A stretch of 64,000 nucleotides of DNA from Isurus oxyrinchus (Eukaryota). Shown in pieces: positions 48,346 to 61,170 of the stretch. Each line of letters starts with the position of its first letter. Position 1 is the first letter of the stretch. The notes under the pieces were generated by a model. The model saw only the letters and a list, made by a program, of their open reading frames with translations. It ran no database searches and was not told the DNA's origin. The position numbers and the translations under genes are program-made. The DNA lies in contig JANJGN010000071.1 of the NCBI GenBank assembly GCA_026770705.1, positions 2,480,001 to 2,544,000 on the forward strand, given 5' to 3'.

Positions 48346-49875
48346 GTAATTTCTCAATTATGCCTGGTGGTCCTTTTAACTCAGAGCTGAGAGTTGCAGA
48401 GAATCGAGCACACATCCTGAACTGACACTTGCAGTGCAAGTACTGGGAGCGCGCTGGTCATTATCATGCTGCTGTCTGTGGGATCTTACTGTGCGCCAAT
48501 GGCTGATTCTTTTCCCACATTACATCAGTGACCTCACATGAAAGAAAAAAAGCACTTGATTGTCTGCGAAACACTTTGGGACGTCCTGATGTGTTGGAAG
48601 GCGCTAGAGAAATGCAAGTCCTCTTTGTCTTTCACTCGATCCTCTAAGGTGTCTGTTGATTAACCAGCCTCTCGGTGTATGATGTAGGCCTGGTTATAAA
48701 CAGTTAGAAGGATCAAATATCAAAAGTGCTTTGGCTGACAGTCAAACCGATTGTGCATTCGGAGAGATTAGATATGGTCTGCACACAATGACTCCAGTCT
48801 CTGGCATTGACTGCCGCCTGGGGTCTCCCTTCCACATAACACTCACAACTTGCATTTACACAGCGCCTCTGACATTGCAAAATGTCCCAGCCCACATTAC
48901 CGGAGCGTAAATCAGAGAGAAGTCTAACACTGAGTCACATATGGAGATATTAGGGATAGGTGACCAAAAGCTTGGTCAAAGATGTCAGTTTTTAAGGAGC
49001 GTCTTAAAGGAGAGAGAGAGAGAGAGGCAGAGAGGTTAAGGGAGGGTATTCCGGAGCTCAGGGCCCCAGGCAGCTGAAGGCACGGCCACCAATGGTGGAG
49101 CGATGGGAATCAGGGGGACCCGGGAGATGCAGTAATTTCAGAGATTTTGGAGGAACATCGGGACCGGAGGAGGTGTTCTCCTGCTCCATATCTCTCTCTC
49201 TCTTCCTCTCTTCCACTCCTCCTCTCCCTGTCTCTCTCTCTCCTACTCTTCCGCTCAATTGACCTCTCTCCCAATCTTTCTCTCCTCTCTCCCTTTTCCT
49301 GTCTCTCTCCCTCTCTCTCTCCCTGTCTCATTCTCCCACTCTGTATCTCTCCCTCTCTCTCACACTATTTTTGTACCTTTCGCTCACTCTGTAACTCTCC
49401 CTTTCCTGTTAATTTCTCTCTCTTGGACAATCTCTCTTCCCTTTTCACTTTCCCTCACTCTGCATCTCTTCTTTAATTTCTCCCTCTGTCACTCTCTCCC
49501 ACCTATGTTCTTTCCCTTTCACCCCTCCCCGTCCCACTCTCTGTCTCTCTCTTCCAATCCCTCCCTCCCCCATTCCATCCCTCTCTCCGACTCTCGACTC
49601 CCAGCCTCTCTTTAACCCACTCCCAGGCTGGATCAGTCTCCCTCTCACTATTCCCGGCGTGGGTTACATTTAAAATTCCTGTGGGGATATGTTCACTTCC
49701 TTGGAATTGCCTCTTCCCAGCTTTGCAAAAAAAGGGGGGGGGGGCTCGATTTCAAACATGCCTCCTGAGTATAACCGAGACAGACTGCCACTGAAATCAG
49801 CTTGAAATCAGAAAACTTTCTGTGGAAGAAACGAGCAGGGAGAAACCTTAAAATAAGGAATGAATTTCCACCTAC

Positions 49876-49932
49876 CGTGTCCGGGGAATCCACAGATTTC
49901 TCAATCGTCGAAGAACCTAAAGCAGTGTCAAC
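49876..49932 (-). CDS. hamp: Hepcidin exon 2 (prodomain) VDTALGSSTIEKSVDSPDT
   Basis: Acceptor ttctttctttttgcag, donor acg|gtaggt, 57 nt, phase 0-0. Confidence 0.8.
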
Positions 49933-50029
49933 CTGCAAAAAGAAAGAATTTATCAGGGAGAAAGTGAGAGGAGGATTGAGGGAGAGGGAGAGAGAGAGAG
50001 AGAGGTACAGGAGAGAGAGGGGGAGGAGG

Positions 50030-50620
50030 ACAGACTTGCATTTCTCTAACGCCTTTCACCACATCCCAAAGCATTTCACAGCCACTGAAGGATGTTTTTG
50101 AAGTGCACTCACACTGTAGGAAATGTGGCAGCTGATTTGTGCACAGCAAGATCCCACAAATAGCAATGTGATCATGGCCTAGATCATCTGTTTTTGGTGA
50201 TGTTGGGTGAGGGATAAATATTGGTCCCAGGACACCGGGGAGAACACCCCCTGCTCTTCCTCCAAATAGTGGCTTTGGGATCTTTCACACCCGCCCGAGA
50301 GGGCAGACGGGGGACTCGGTTTAATGTCTCATTCAACATTGTTGTGCTCCCTCAGTACTAACCCTTTGACACTGCAGCACTCCCTCAGTACTAACCCTTC
50401 GATAGTGCTGCACTCCCACAGTATTGTCCCTCCGTCAGTGCAGCGCTACCTCAGTACTGACCCTCCGACAGTGCAACACTTCCACAGTACTGACCCTGTA
50501 ACAATGCAGCACTTCCTCAGTACTGACCTCCGACAGTATAGCACTCACTCAGTACTGTCCCTCCAATAGTGCAACACTTCCACACTACTGACCCTGTGAC
50601 AGTGCAGCACTCCCTCAGCA
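50030..50620. mobile_element. Deu-type SINE plus 33-bp minisatellite in hepcidin intron 1
   Basis: Same body as 47655-48045, followed by tandem units. Confidence 0.65.
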
Positions 50621-50689
50621 CGGAGTGTTGACCGACGTTATGGGACTGAATTCCCTGGAGTGAGACTCAGACCAGAGATTTAGGTAGGG

Positions 50690-51540
50690 TTGTTCCGGCT
50701 GGAGGAGGTTACAGCGATAGGGAGGGTTGTAGAGGCTGTAGGAGGTAACAGAGATAGGGAGGGTTCTAGAGGCTGTAGGAGGTGACAGAGATAGGGAGGG
50801 TTGTAGGGGCTGTAGGAGGTTACAGAGATAGGGAGGTGAGTAGGGGCTGTAGGAGGTTAAAGAGATGGGGGGGGTTGTGGGGGCTGGAGGAGGTTACAGA
50901 GGTAGGGAGGGTTGTAGAGGCTGGAGGAGGTTACCAAAATAGATACTGTTGTAGGGGCCATAGTAGGTTACAGAGATAGGGAGAGTTATAGTGTGGAGAG
51001 GACGTTATAGAGTTCATGAGCATTGTAGGGGCTGGAGGAGGTTACAGTGATTCTGAGGGTCGTGGGGCCTGGAGGAGGTTACAGAGATAGGGAGGGTTGT
51101 AGGGCCTGGAGGAGGTTACAGAGATAGGGAGGGTTGTAGGGTCTGGAGCAGGTTACAGAGATAGGGAGGGTTGTAGGGTCTAGAGGAGGTTACAGTGATC
51201 ATGAGGGTTGTGGGGCCTGGGGGAGGTTACAGAGATAGGTAGGGTTGTAGGGGCTGGAGGAGGTTACAGAGATAGGGAGGTTTATAGGGGCTGGAGGAGG
51301 TTACAGAGATAGGGAGGGTTGTAGGGGCTGGAGGAGGTTACGGAGATAGGGACAGTTGTAGTGGCTGGAGGAAGTTACAGAGATAGGGATTGTTGTAGGG
51401 GCTGGAGGAGGTTACAGATATAGGGAGGGTTGTAGCGGCTGGAGGAGGTTACAGAGATAGGGAGGGGTGTAGGGGCTGGAGGAGGTTACAGAGATAGGGA
51501 GGGTTGTAAGGCCTGGTGGAGGTTACAGAGATAGGGAGTG
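50690..51540. repeat. 37-bp minisatellite (ggaggaggttacagagatagggagggttgtaggggct)
   Basis: Direct reading, about 22 copies. Confidence 0.9.
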
Positions 51541-51739
51541 GCTGAGGAGGGATTGAAAACAAGAATGAGAATTTCAGGGGAAACGACAGAAGGAAATGAT
51601 GTTAAATTCATAGAGGGCGACAATATTAAAGGCACGAACATAATAATATCAAACTGCGGAAGAGACCAGTCTATCTGGGTGGTAGACGTAGAGTCATGTG
51701 CAAGAAACACCTCACCCAGAGGGACATCTCTTAGCTTAC

Positions 51740-51817
51740 CCTCGACAAGGAGAAGAAGTGACTCAGCTGCAGGGAGAGCAGCAAAGTCAGAGTGAACAAG
51801 ACAAGTCGCCATTTCAT
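51740..51817 (-). CDS. hamp: Hepcidin exon 1 (signal peptide) MKWRLVLFTLTLLLSLQLSHFFSLSR
   Basis: ATG 51817, hydrophobic core, donor agg|gtaagc, phase 0; gives an 83-aa prepropeptide with exons 2 and 3. Confidence 0.82.
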
Positions 51818-51899
51818 CTGGGAGCTTCCCATCTCTGCCTGTCTCTTCTGATCTTCTGGCTCTGCTTTGATGCTTTGGTTTGTAACTAGAGGAGCTTCC

Positions 51900-52120
51900 T
51901 GCTCTTATACCTGAAACACTTGAAGGGGACAGCCGGGGGCGGGTTGCTGTGTGGTATCACACCCATTTCTGGATATTGCAGTGTCGATGTTCCCTGTCCC
52001 ACTGGCCTGGGACCAGCAGTAAGGTCACTGGGACATTGACTGTCTGGCACCGAGAACTATCAGTCCCTCCGCAACGCCCTTCACCTTGTGCAAATATGTG
52101 TTCATATTGATGCAACACAA
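51900..52120 (-). promoter_or_regulatory. Putative hepcidin promoter
   Basis: TATAAGA at 51909-51903, GC box ~51934-51943, C/EBP-like ttgtgcaa 52086-52093, tgatgcaa 52108-52115. Confidence 0.5.
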
Positions 52121-52469
52121 CATAGCAAAAACAGAGGGGCTGGTTCTTATGTCGGCAAATCAGGTGAACCGCATGCCCCCTAACCCCTTACTCCTCTCAT
52201 TGCTACACTTACTATTTTACAAATTGTGTGCGTTGCTTTTATTTTGGACAAGGGGCCTCGAGGGGGAACTGATTTACGCTGAGGTTTAGGGGTTAACTGT
52301 TTACCATGTGGAGACTGTCTGTCACCAGCTTTGTTCATGGTTTATCCAGGAACATTGAAGGGCATGAACGTTCTTGCTTTGTATGGAACAAGTTACCAAC
52401 TGGGTTCAGTCATCGACTCAGACTCACATCAACATAAACTGGCTTCTGACAGGTAAGTTTCTATTACAT

Positions 52470-53050
52470 GAGGGTAGGAGGAGGCCATTTGGCCCCTCGA
52501 GCCTGCTCCACCATTCAATGAGATCATGGCTGATCTGCAAACTAGCCCCATATGGCTTTGTCCCATCTCCTTTAATACCTTTGGATAACAAAAATCTATC
52601 AGTCTCACAGGTTTAAAATGAACAACTTGATCGTGCATCAGTTCCTGTTTGGGGAAGAGAGTTCCAAATTTCTCCCACCCTTTGTACTTCCTAATTTAAT
52701 TCCTTTTTAGGCTCTGACCCTGAGTCCCAGACTCCCCCCAACCAGGGGAAATGGTTTCTCTTTATCGCCCCCGATCTGTTCCCCTTATTATCATGCGAAC
52801 TTTCATCAAATCTCCTGCTTAACATTCTAACTTCCAGGGAATACAAGCCGAGTTTGTGTTTAATCTCTCCTTGTGATTTAACCCTTGGAGTCCCGGTCTC
52901 ATTCTGGTAAACTGACACTGCTCTCCCTCCGAGGTCAATATATCCTTCCTAAGGTGTGGGGCCCAGAATGTCTCACAGTGACTCCAGGTGTGGTCTAGCC
53001 AGGGCTTTATGTAGACTGAAGCATGACCTCTGCCCCCTTATATTCTAATC
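52470..53050 (-). mobile_element. CR1-clade LINE 3' fragment
   Basis: LGLYSLE remnant and CR1-type 3' end. Confidence 0.7.
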
Positions 53051-54149
53051 CGTGAGATAGAAAGGGCAGAGTTCCAGAATTGTTGTGTTTATTCGACAAC
53101 AGAATAACAGAGGAAGGTTTCCTCTCTGCCCTCTTCAGCCCCACTGGGAAGGTCAGGATGAGAAGGTTGGGCTGGGTCCCCTGTACTGGACACTCGCTGA
53201 ATCTTCCAATGATAGTTCTGGGCTGGATTTCAAAACGCATAGACAAGGATTCAGTGTTCCATCACATTCTGCCTTTGTCTCTTTTCCTCTCGTTCTCTTT
53301 CTCTACCATCCTCTCTCTCTATCTATCTATCTTTCTCCTCATTCTCTCCTGCTTCATCTCTATCACTTTCTTTCTACTTCTTTGTGTGTCTCTGTCTGTC
53401 TCTCTCTCTCACTCTTTCTTTCCTTGTCCTTATCTCTTTCAGTGTCTCCCTCTTTCTCTCTCTCTCTCTCTCTCTAAATGTGACCCTCTCTAACAGTTTG
53501 GCCCAGTACTCTTATTTCCCTGTTTTACTGGTGTTCCATTTGAAGGTATACAAGACCAGATCAGACCAGAATGTTTATTTTCCAGTGTTTACTGTGTTTT
53601 TTTCATTCTGGGTGTCTCTCGACTCTGTCTGTCCCTCTCTGTCCTTTTATTTCATTCTTTCATGTGATGTGGACATCACTGCCTAGGCCAGCATTTATTG
53701 CCCAACCCTAATTGCCCTTGTTCAGAGGCCACTTTTTAAAAGTGAACCACATTGCTGTGGGTCTGGAGTCACATGTAGGCCAGACCAGGTAAGGACAGCA
53801 GATTTCCCTCCCTAAAGGGCATTTGTGACCCTAATACAAGAATCAGCAATGGTTTCCTGGTCATCATCGGACTTTTAATTCCAGGTTTTTATTGAATTGA
53901 AATTCCACCAACTGCTGTGGTGAGATTCTAACCAGGGTCCCAGGAGTATTACACTGGGTCTCTGGATTACTGGTCCAGCGAAAATACCATCAGGCCCCCT
54001 CCTCCCCACTCTTCCCTTCCACCATCTTTCACAATCGCTCTCTCTCTCTCTCACTCTCCTTCTCTCTTCCCCCTCTCTCAGTCTCTGTCTGTCTCTCAAT
54101 CTCTCTATCGCTCTCTATCTCCTGGAGGCTCTCTCTCTGACTGTCTCCC

Positions 54150-54770
54150 TCCCTATATCTGTAACCTCCTCTCTCTGTCCCTTTCCTCCAGCCCCTACAA
54201 CCCTCCCTATCTCTGTAACCTCCACCTGCCCCTACAATCCTCCCCATCTCTGTAACCTCCTCCACCTCCCACAACCCTCCCTATATCTGTAACCTCCTTC
54301 ACAAGCCCATACAATCCTCCCTATCCCTGTAACAACCTCCAGCCCGACAACACCCCTATACATGTCACCTCCTCTAGCCACTGTAACCCTAATAATCTCC
54401 CAAGCCTCCACCAGCCTTGACAATCCTGCCCATCTCTGTAACATCCTCCAACCACCACAACCCTCCCTATTTCTGTAATCTCTTCCAGTCCCTACAACCC
54501 TCCCTATCTCTACAACCTGCTCCACCCCCTGCAACTCGCCCTATCTCTGTGTCATCCTCCAGCCCCTACAACCCTCCCTATACCTGTAACCTCCTCCAGC
54601 CCCTACAACCCTCCCTATCTCTGGAACAGCTTCCAGCACCTACAACCCTCCCTATCTCTATAACCTCCTCCAGTCCCTACAACACTCCTTATCTCTGTAA
54701 CCTCCTCCAGCCCCTACAACCCTCCCTATCTCTGTAACCTCCTCCAGCCCCTGTAACCCTCCCCATCTCT
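54150..54770. repeat. 37-bp minisatellite, opposite orientation to 50690-51540
   Basis: Direct reading. Confidence 0.85.
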
Positions 54771-55154
54771 TGAAGGGTTCTCAAAATTTCCAACTGTCAA
54801 GGAACCCTGGGTTGGTGAGCGTGACCCCTGACCTCTCCTAGTGCAATTTAGTTAGGGTTTGGGAGTGGGACAAGGGTAAGGGCATTAGTAGCGTGATTCT
54901 CCCTCGTTATGCCGTGTGTTCCCCATTCTTAACTCAGTGTACTTTGTAAGTCTGTATAATCTCAGTGTCATCCTAATGTTAGAAGTTCATTTGTGACTTC
55001 AGTAAACTCAGTTTTTGTCTTGCACCAAAACCAGTTGTCTGCTGCACTTTGTGACAAGCCCCGAATAAGTCCAAGGTCTAGAACCCAGGGATTGGGAGTG
55101 ATTCAGACGGCTCAGAAGTCGCAGGTGAAGCTGACACACACCACCACACCCTAC

Positions 55155-55390
55155 AAGGGGCTGAATGGCCTCCTCCTGTTCCTGTATAACGGACATAAGT
55201 GGCAGAATGGCCTCCTCCTGTTTCTGTGTAACAGTCTTGAGGGGGCTGAATGGCCTCCTCCTGTTCCTGTGTAACAGTCTCGAGGGGGCTGAATGGGCCT
55301 CTTCTGGTTCCTGTGTAACAGGCTCGAGGGGACTGAATGGCCTCCTCCTGTTCCTGTGCAACAGGCTCAAGGGGCTGAATGGCCTCCTTC
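55155..55390. repeat. ~43-bp minisatellite
   Basis: Direct reading. Confidence 0.85.
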
Positions 55391-55399
55391 TGCACTGTA

Positions 55400-55700
55400 A
55401 ACTTGTTGTGATACTGTAACTGCCTCTTTGGTTTCATTCAGCTGAATCTTCAGCTCTTCAGTCTCTTCCTTGTATCTCTTGCCTTCCTCCTGGAACATTG
55501 GACATGGTTGGGTCTTCCCTGCCAACTGTTTCTTCAGTTTGCTCAGAGCGGCACAGAATTCGCTTTCTTTCTCTTCAGGATTTTCCAGTGGAACCAACTC
55601 TGACCTGAGGGACACTTGCAGCCTGTGAGGATGCTTCAATTCTTCAAACTCATTCCGAGATACACTCTCATATTCCCCCAGCAACTCAGCAACTCCTCCA
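55400..55700 (-). pseudogene. Coiled-coil gene fragment resembling UACA/RAI14 family
   Basis: AELLGEY..LVPLENPEEKESEFCAALSKLKKQLAGKTQ..QEEGKRYKEETEELK resembles, from memory, the UACA coiled-coil region; no clear splice context. Confidence 0.45.
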
Positions 55701-56333
55701 GTGAAACATTTCAGAGCAGCTGAGCTTGGTTTTCTGGAACCAGTCTCGGCCCAGAAGACTAGGGCCCTCACCTGTCGCTATGATCACTGGAAGCTGGGCT
55801 GTCTGCTGCCTGTAGGACACAGGTACTGGGACCAGGTCCTTTCCCTGTATGGATTCTCCAGTGTGTGTCTTCAGCTGATCCATTGTTGGCTCTAAATTCA
55901 GCGTCTGGGTTCCTTCATTTAGCTGTTTAAATGTGGGCTCTTCCACCACTGTGTCTGAGGCTCCCGTATCTGCCCCATTACTAGTGGCTGCCCATTCACT
56001 TGGGTTGTGATGGTTATAGGTTCAGTTTTTACCACTGTGACATTGGACAGGGAATAGACATCGGTATCAGCAGCTTCAGGCTCTGTGATATTATTCACTT
56101 CCATCATGTTGGTGCACTGTCTGATGGGCTGTCTCGATTTCACCCTGCATTGCTTTATTACCTGCCCCTTTCTTGTGGCAGTGATGGCATTCTGCCCCCT
56201 TGAACCTGCAGGTGTCCAGTACGTGCTCAATGCCCCCCACATCGAGAACAGGCCAACTTCGGAGTTGCTGCTGAAATACTCCCACGAAGCCTTTTAGTTT
56301 CTGGAGCGGCAGAGACTGTCTCTCGCTTGGCGG

Positions 56334-56368
<35 letters not shown>

Positions 56369-56772
56369 GTTTGAGCCTCACGCCCGGTGGTTGTTTCCTG
56401 TCCCAGCTGAGGACTGGCGCCATGTTGTACATCCTGTAAATCCCGCCAGTCTCTCCCAGCACTTTCCATGCCTGGCGCTATTTCCATGGTGCGCTTCAAA
56501 TCGATGTCGGCTTCTGCGAGTAAACGGCTCTGAATGGCGTTGGGGTGAACGACACAAACCAATCGGCCCCGCAACATGTCATTGAGTGTGTCTCCGAGGT
56601 CCCAGTGCTCAGTCACCTGCTTCCACTTCACTGTATAGGTTGCGATGGACTCTCCCTGGGCCCTTACTCTGGAGTTAAACTTAAACCTCTGCATTATTAC
56701 CCACGGCTTCAGCTGAAAACAGATCTTCATGAGGTCGACTAATTGGTGAAAAGATTTAGAATTGGGTGCAAT
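55700..56772 (-). mobile_element. Gypsy gag-protease fragment, related to the 18538-21882 element
   Basis: MQRFKFNSR..LNDMLRGRLV, knuckle CSRCGGH..CHHC, GEGPSLLGRDW. Confidence 0.8.
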
Positions 56773-57057
56773 ACACGTCACTGTCTTCAGCTCTGAGACT
56801 ATCAATCCTCACCAAACAATTCTTCCCTTCCAAGTCGCCGATTATTTTAGCACGTCCCACGAATGTGGCCACCCCATAATTGGGATCTTTGGTGTATGTG
56901 ATGGTATATTTCCATCTATACCAATATTTATACCAAGCTCCGTGCAGTGCTGTGTAAGAGTGGGAAGGAAAGTCAAAGCTACACGGAATAACCACACAAG
57001 AGCTGCTGATGGCCCTCCGAGGCAGCGCCTTCATAGACCATCCCTCTGACGTCACTC
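56772..57057 (-). pseudogene. Divergent Siglec-like V exon truncated at the F strand
   Basis: Acceptor ttgcctttcag; GVTSEGWSM..SSCVVIPCSFDFP..GAWY..GRAKIIGDLEGKNCLVRIDSLRAEDSDVY, then Gypsy sequence and a stop. Confidence 0.8.
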
Positions 57058-57119
57058 CTGAAAGGCAACAAGGGAGGGGACTGGACATCAAAAAGCAGAA
57101 TATTACTTCAATGGAGAGA

Positions 57120-57560
57120 GTCTACAGAATGCGGTACAGAGGGATCTGGGTGTCCTTGTACATGAATCACAGAAAGTCAGCATTCAGGAACACCACGGAA
57201 TGAGGAAGGCAAGTGGAATGTTGGACTTTATTGCAAAGGGATGGAGTATAAAAGGAGGGGAGTCTTGCTACAACTGTACAGGGCGTTGGTGAGATTGTAT
57301 CAGGAGCAGTGTGTACAGTTCTGGTCTCCTTACTTAGGGAGGGATAGACTCTGCATTGGACGCAGTTCAGAGGAGGTTCACTGGGCTGATTCCTGGGATG
57401 AAGGGGGTTTGTCCTGTGAGGAAATGTTGAGCAGGTTGGGCCCTGTATCCATTGGAGTTTAGAAGAATGAGAGGTGATCTTATTGAAACATATAAGATTC
57501 TGAGGTGGTGGGGGGTTTGACAGGGTGGATGCTGAGGGGATGTTACCCCTTGTGGGGGAA
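57120..57560 (+). mobile_element. CR1-clade LINE fragment
   Basis: LLQLYRALVRLYQEQCVQFWSPYL. Confidence 0.8.
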
Positions 57561-57877
57561 TCCTGTGAAGCAATAAGGATGTTTTACTGCATTAAAGGTG
57601 CTATATAAATGCACTGTCATTCCTATTGAAACAAGCTCTCTGATGCACAAACAGAAAATGCTGGAAAAACTCAGCAGGTCTGACAGCATCTGTGGAGAGA
57701 GAAACAGAGTTGGTGTTTCGAGTCCGTATGAGGCTTTTGCTTTTGCTAAATTCTCTGACTCGCTAATCACTCACTCTCTGTGTGATCACTAACCCTGTTC
57801 TCTAAAATTAAATGTTCACTTCCTCACTCCAGGAAAGAATCCAATTCCCTGAGTTCCGATCAGTAATGAATTTGTAC

Positions 57878-57923
57878 CTTGCAGCAAGCTGATGAAGATC
57901 AATATCAGACCGACCTCTCCCAT
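57878..57923 (-). CDS. Leader exon of second Siglec-like gene, MGEVGLILIFISLLQ; exon spans 57878-57937
   Basis: Acceptor ttttccatttag, donor caag|gtacaa, phase 1, in frame with the V exon at 57057. Confidence 0.75.
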
Positions 57924-58189
57924 CTTCAGTTCCTCATCTAAATGGAAAATGATAAAGACAGAGACTTTTTCATAAATTGTCCCCAGTGTTTCTTCCTCAA
58001 ACAACAACAACTTGTGTTTAAATGGCACCTTTCAGGGAATTAAACAGCCCCAGGGAATTATCTAATGTCAAGACAAGGAAGGAGAGATTGAGAAGGGACA
58101 TCGCAAACCGATTCACCAAACACGGCAAAAATTCATTGTTCCCTCACTCCCTGTGCTGGGTGTCCAGCTTTTTCTCTCAGTGAGTTTAG

Positions 58190-61170
58190 TCCTCACAATC
58201 TCGATCTATCGCACTCTTCTGCTCTATCTCTCTCTCTCACACACACACATTCTCTCTCTAACACTCACAATCTCTATCTATCACACTATTCTGCTCTCTC
58301 TCTCTCTCTCACACACACATTCTCTCTCTAACACTCACAATCTCTCTCTATCACACTCTTCTGCTCTATCTCTCTCTCACACACACACCTTCTCTCTAAC
58401 ACTCACAATCTCTCTCTATCACACTCTTCTGCTCTATCTCTCTCTCTCACACGCACACATTCTCTCTCTAGCACTCACAATCTCTCTCTATCGCACTCTT
58501 CTGCTCTATCTCTCTCTCACACACACACCTTCTCTCTAACACTCACAATCTCTCTCTATCACACTCTTCTGCTCTATCTCTCTCTCTCTCACACACATTC
58601 TCTCTCTAACACTCACAATCTCTCTCTATCACACTCCTCTGCTCTATCTCTCTCTCACACACACACACACATTCTCTCTCTAACAAGCACAATCTCTCTC
58701 TATCACACTCTTCTGCTCTATCTCTCTCTCACACACACACATTCTCTCTCTAACAAGCACAATCTCTCTCTATCGCTCTCTTCTGCTCTCTCTCTCTCTC
58801 ACAAACACACACATTCTCTCTCTAACACTCACAATCTCTCTCTATCGCACTTTTCTGCTCTCTCTCTCTCACACACACACATTCTCTCTCTAACCCTCAC
58901 AATCTCTCTCTATCACACTCTTCTGCTCTATCTCTCTCTCACACACACACCTTCTCTCTCTAACACTCACAATCTCTCTCTATCACACTCTTCTGCTCTC
59001 TCTCTCTCTCTCAAACACACACATCCTCTCTCTAACACTCACAATCTCTCTCTATCACACTCTTCTGCTCTGTCTCTCTCTCTCACACACACACATTCTC
59101 TCTCAAACAAACACAATCTCTCTCTATCGCTCTCTTCTGCTCTCTCTCTCTCTCACACACACACATTCTCTCTCTAACACTCACAATCTCTCTCTATCAC
59201 ACTCCTCTGCTCTATCTCTCTCTCTCTCACACACACACATTCTCTCTCTCTCACAAACACAATCTCTCTCTATCACACTCTTCTGCTCTATCTCTCTCTC
59301 TCACAAACACAATCTCTCTCTATCGCACTCTTCTGCTCTATCTCTCTCTCTCACACACACACATTCTCTCTCTAACACTCACAATCTCTCTCTATCGCAC
59401 TCTTCTGCTCTATCTCTCTCTCTATCGCACACACATTCTCTCTCTAACACTCACAATCTCTCTCTATCACACTCCTCTGCTCTATCTCTCTCTCACACAC
59501 ACACACTTTCTCTCTCTAACACTCACAATCTCTCTCTATCGCTCTCTTCTGCTCTCTCTCTCTCTCTCTCACACACACATTCTCTCTCTAACACTCACAA
59601 TCTCTCTCTATCGCACTCTTCTGCTCTCTCTCTCTCTCTCTCACACACACATTCTCTCTCTAACCTTCACAATCTCTCTCTATCGCACTCTTCTGCTCTA
59701 TCTCTCTCTCTCTCACACACACATTCTCTCTCTAACATTCACAGTCTCTCTCTATCACACTCTTCTGCTCTCTCTCTCTCTCTCACACACACACATTCTC
59801 TCTCTAACACTCACAATCTCTCTCTATCGCACTCTTCTGCTCTCTCTCTCTCTCTCACACACACACATTCTCTCTCTAACACTCACAATCTCTCTCTATC
59901 GCACTCTTCTGCTCTCTCTTTCTCACATGCACACACCTTCTCTCTCTCAAACTCACAATCTCTCTCCGTTGCACTCTTCTGCTCTCTCTCTCTTTCACAC
60001 ACACATATTCTCTCTCTAACACTCACAATCTCTCTCTATCGCACTCTTCTGCTCTATCTCTCTCACACACACACACACATTCTCTCTCCAACACTCACAA
60101 TCTCTCTCTATCGCACTCTTCTGCTCTCTCTCTCTCACACACACACATTCTCTCTCTAACACTCACAATCTCTCTCTATCACACTCCTCTGCTCTATCTC
60201 TCTCTCACACACACACACTTTCTCTCTCTAACACTCACAATCTCTCTCTATCACACTCTTCTGCTCTCTCTCTCTCTCTCACACACACACATTCTCTCTC
60301 TAACACTCACAATCTCTCTCTATCACACTCCTCTGCTCTCTCTCTCTCTCTCACACACACACATTCTCTCTCTAACACTCACAATCTCTCTCTTTCACAC
60401 TCCTCTGCTCTCTCTCTCTCTCTATCACACATGCATTCTCTCTCTAACACTCACAATCTCTCTCTATCGCACTCTTCTGCTCTATCTCTCTCTCTCTCAC
60501 ACACACATTCTCTCTCTAACACTCACAATCTCTCTCTATCGCACTCTTCTGCTCTATCTCTCTCTCTCTCACACACACATTCTCTCTGTCTCCCTCCCTC
60601 AAATACATTCTCTCTCTCTCTCTCAGACACAAACACTCTCTCACACACTCACACACTTTCCCTAAAACTAACACAATCTCCCTTTCTGTCAAGCACACAC
60701 TCTCTCTCACACACACACACACACTCTCTCAGACACACACATTCTCTCTCTCACAAACATTTAACATTTCACTTCATCTCGCTCTTCTGCTGTCTCTCTC
60801 TTTCTCTCCCTCACACATACACACTCTCTGTCACAAACACACTCTCTCTCCCACACACTCTCTCTCACACACACACACACTCTCTGTCACAAACACACTC
60901 TCTCTCCCACACACTCTCTCTCACACACACACACACTCTCTGTCACAAACACACGCTCTCTCCCACACACTCTCTCTCACACACACACACACTCTCTGTC
61001 ACAAACACACTCTCTCTCCCACACACTCTCTCTCACACATTCTCACATGCACACTCTCTCCCTCATATACAAACACTCTCCCTCACACATGCACACACTC
61101 TCTCTATCTCTTTTTCTCTCTCACACAGTCTCTCTGTCTCTCTCTGTCTCTCAGACACTCTCTCTCTCTC
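58190..61170. repeat. CT/CA-rich ~62-66-bp tandem array and low-complexity tail
   Basis: Unit of the form acactcacaatctctctctatcacactcttctgctcta(tc)n(ac)nattctctctcta. Confidence 0.95.
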
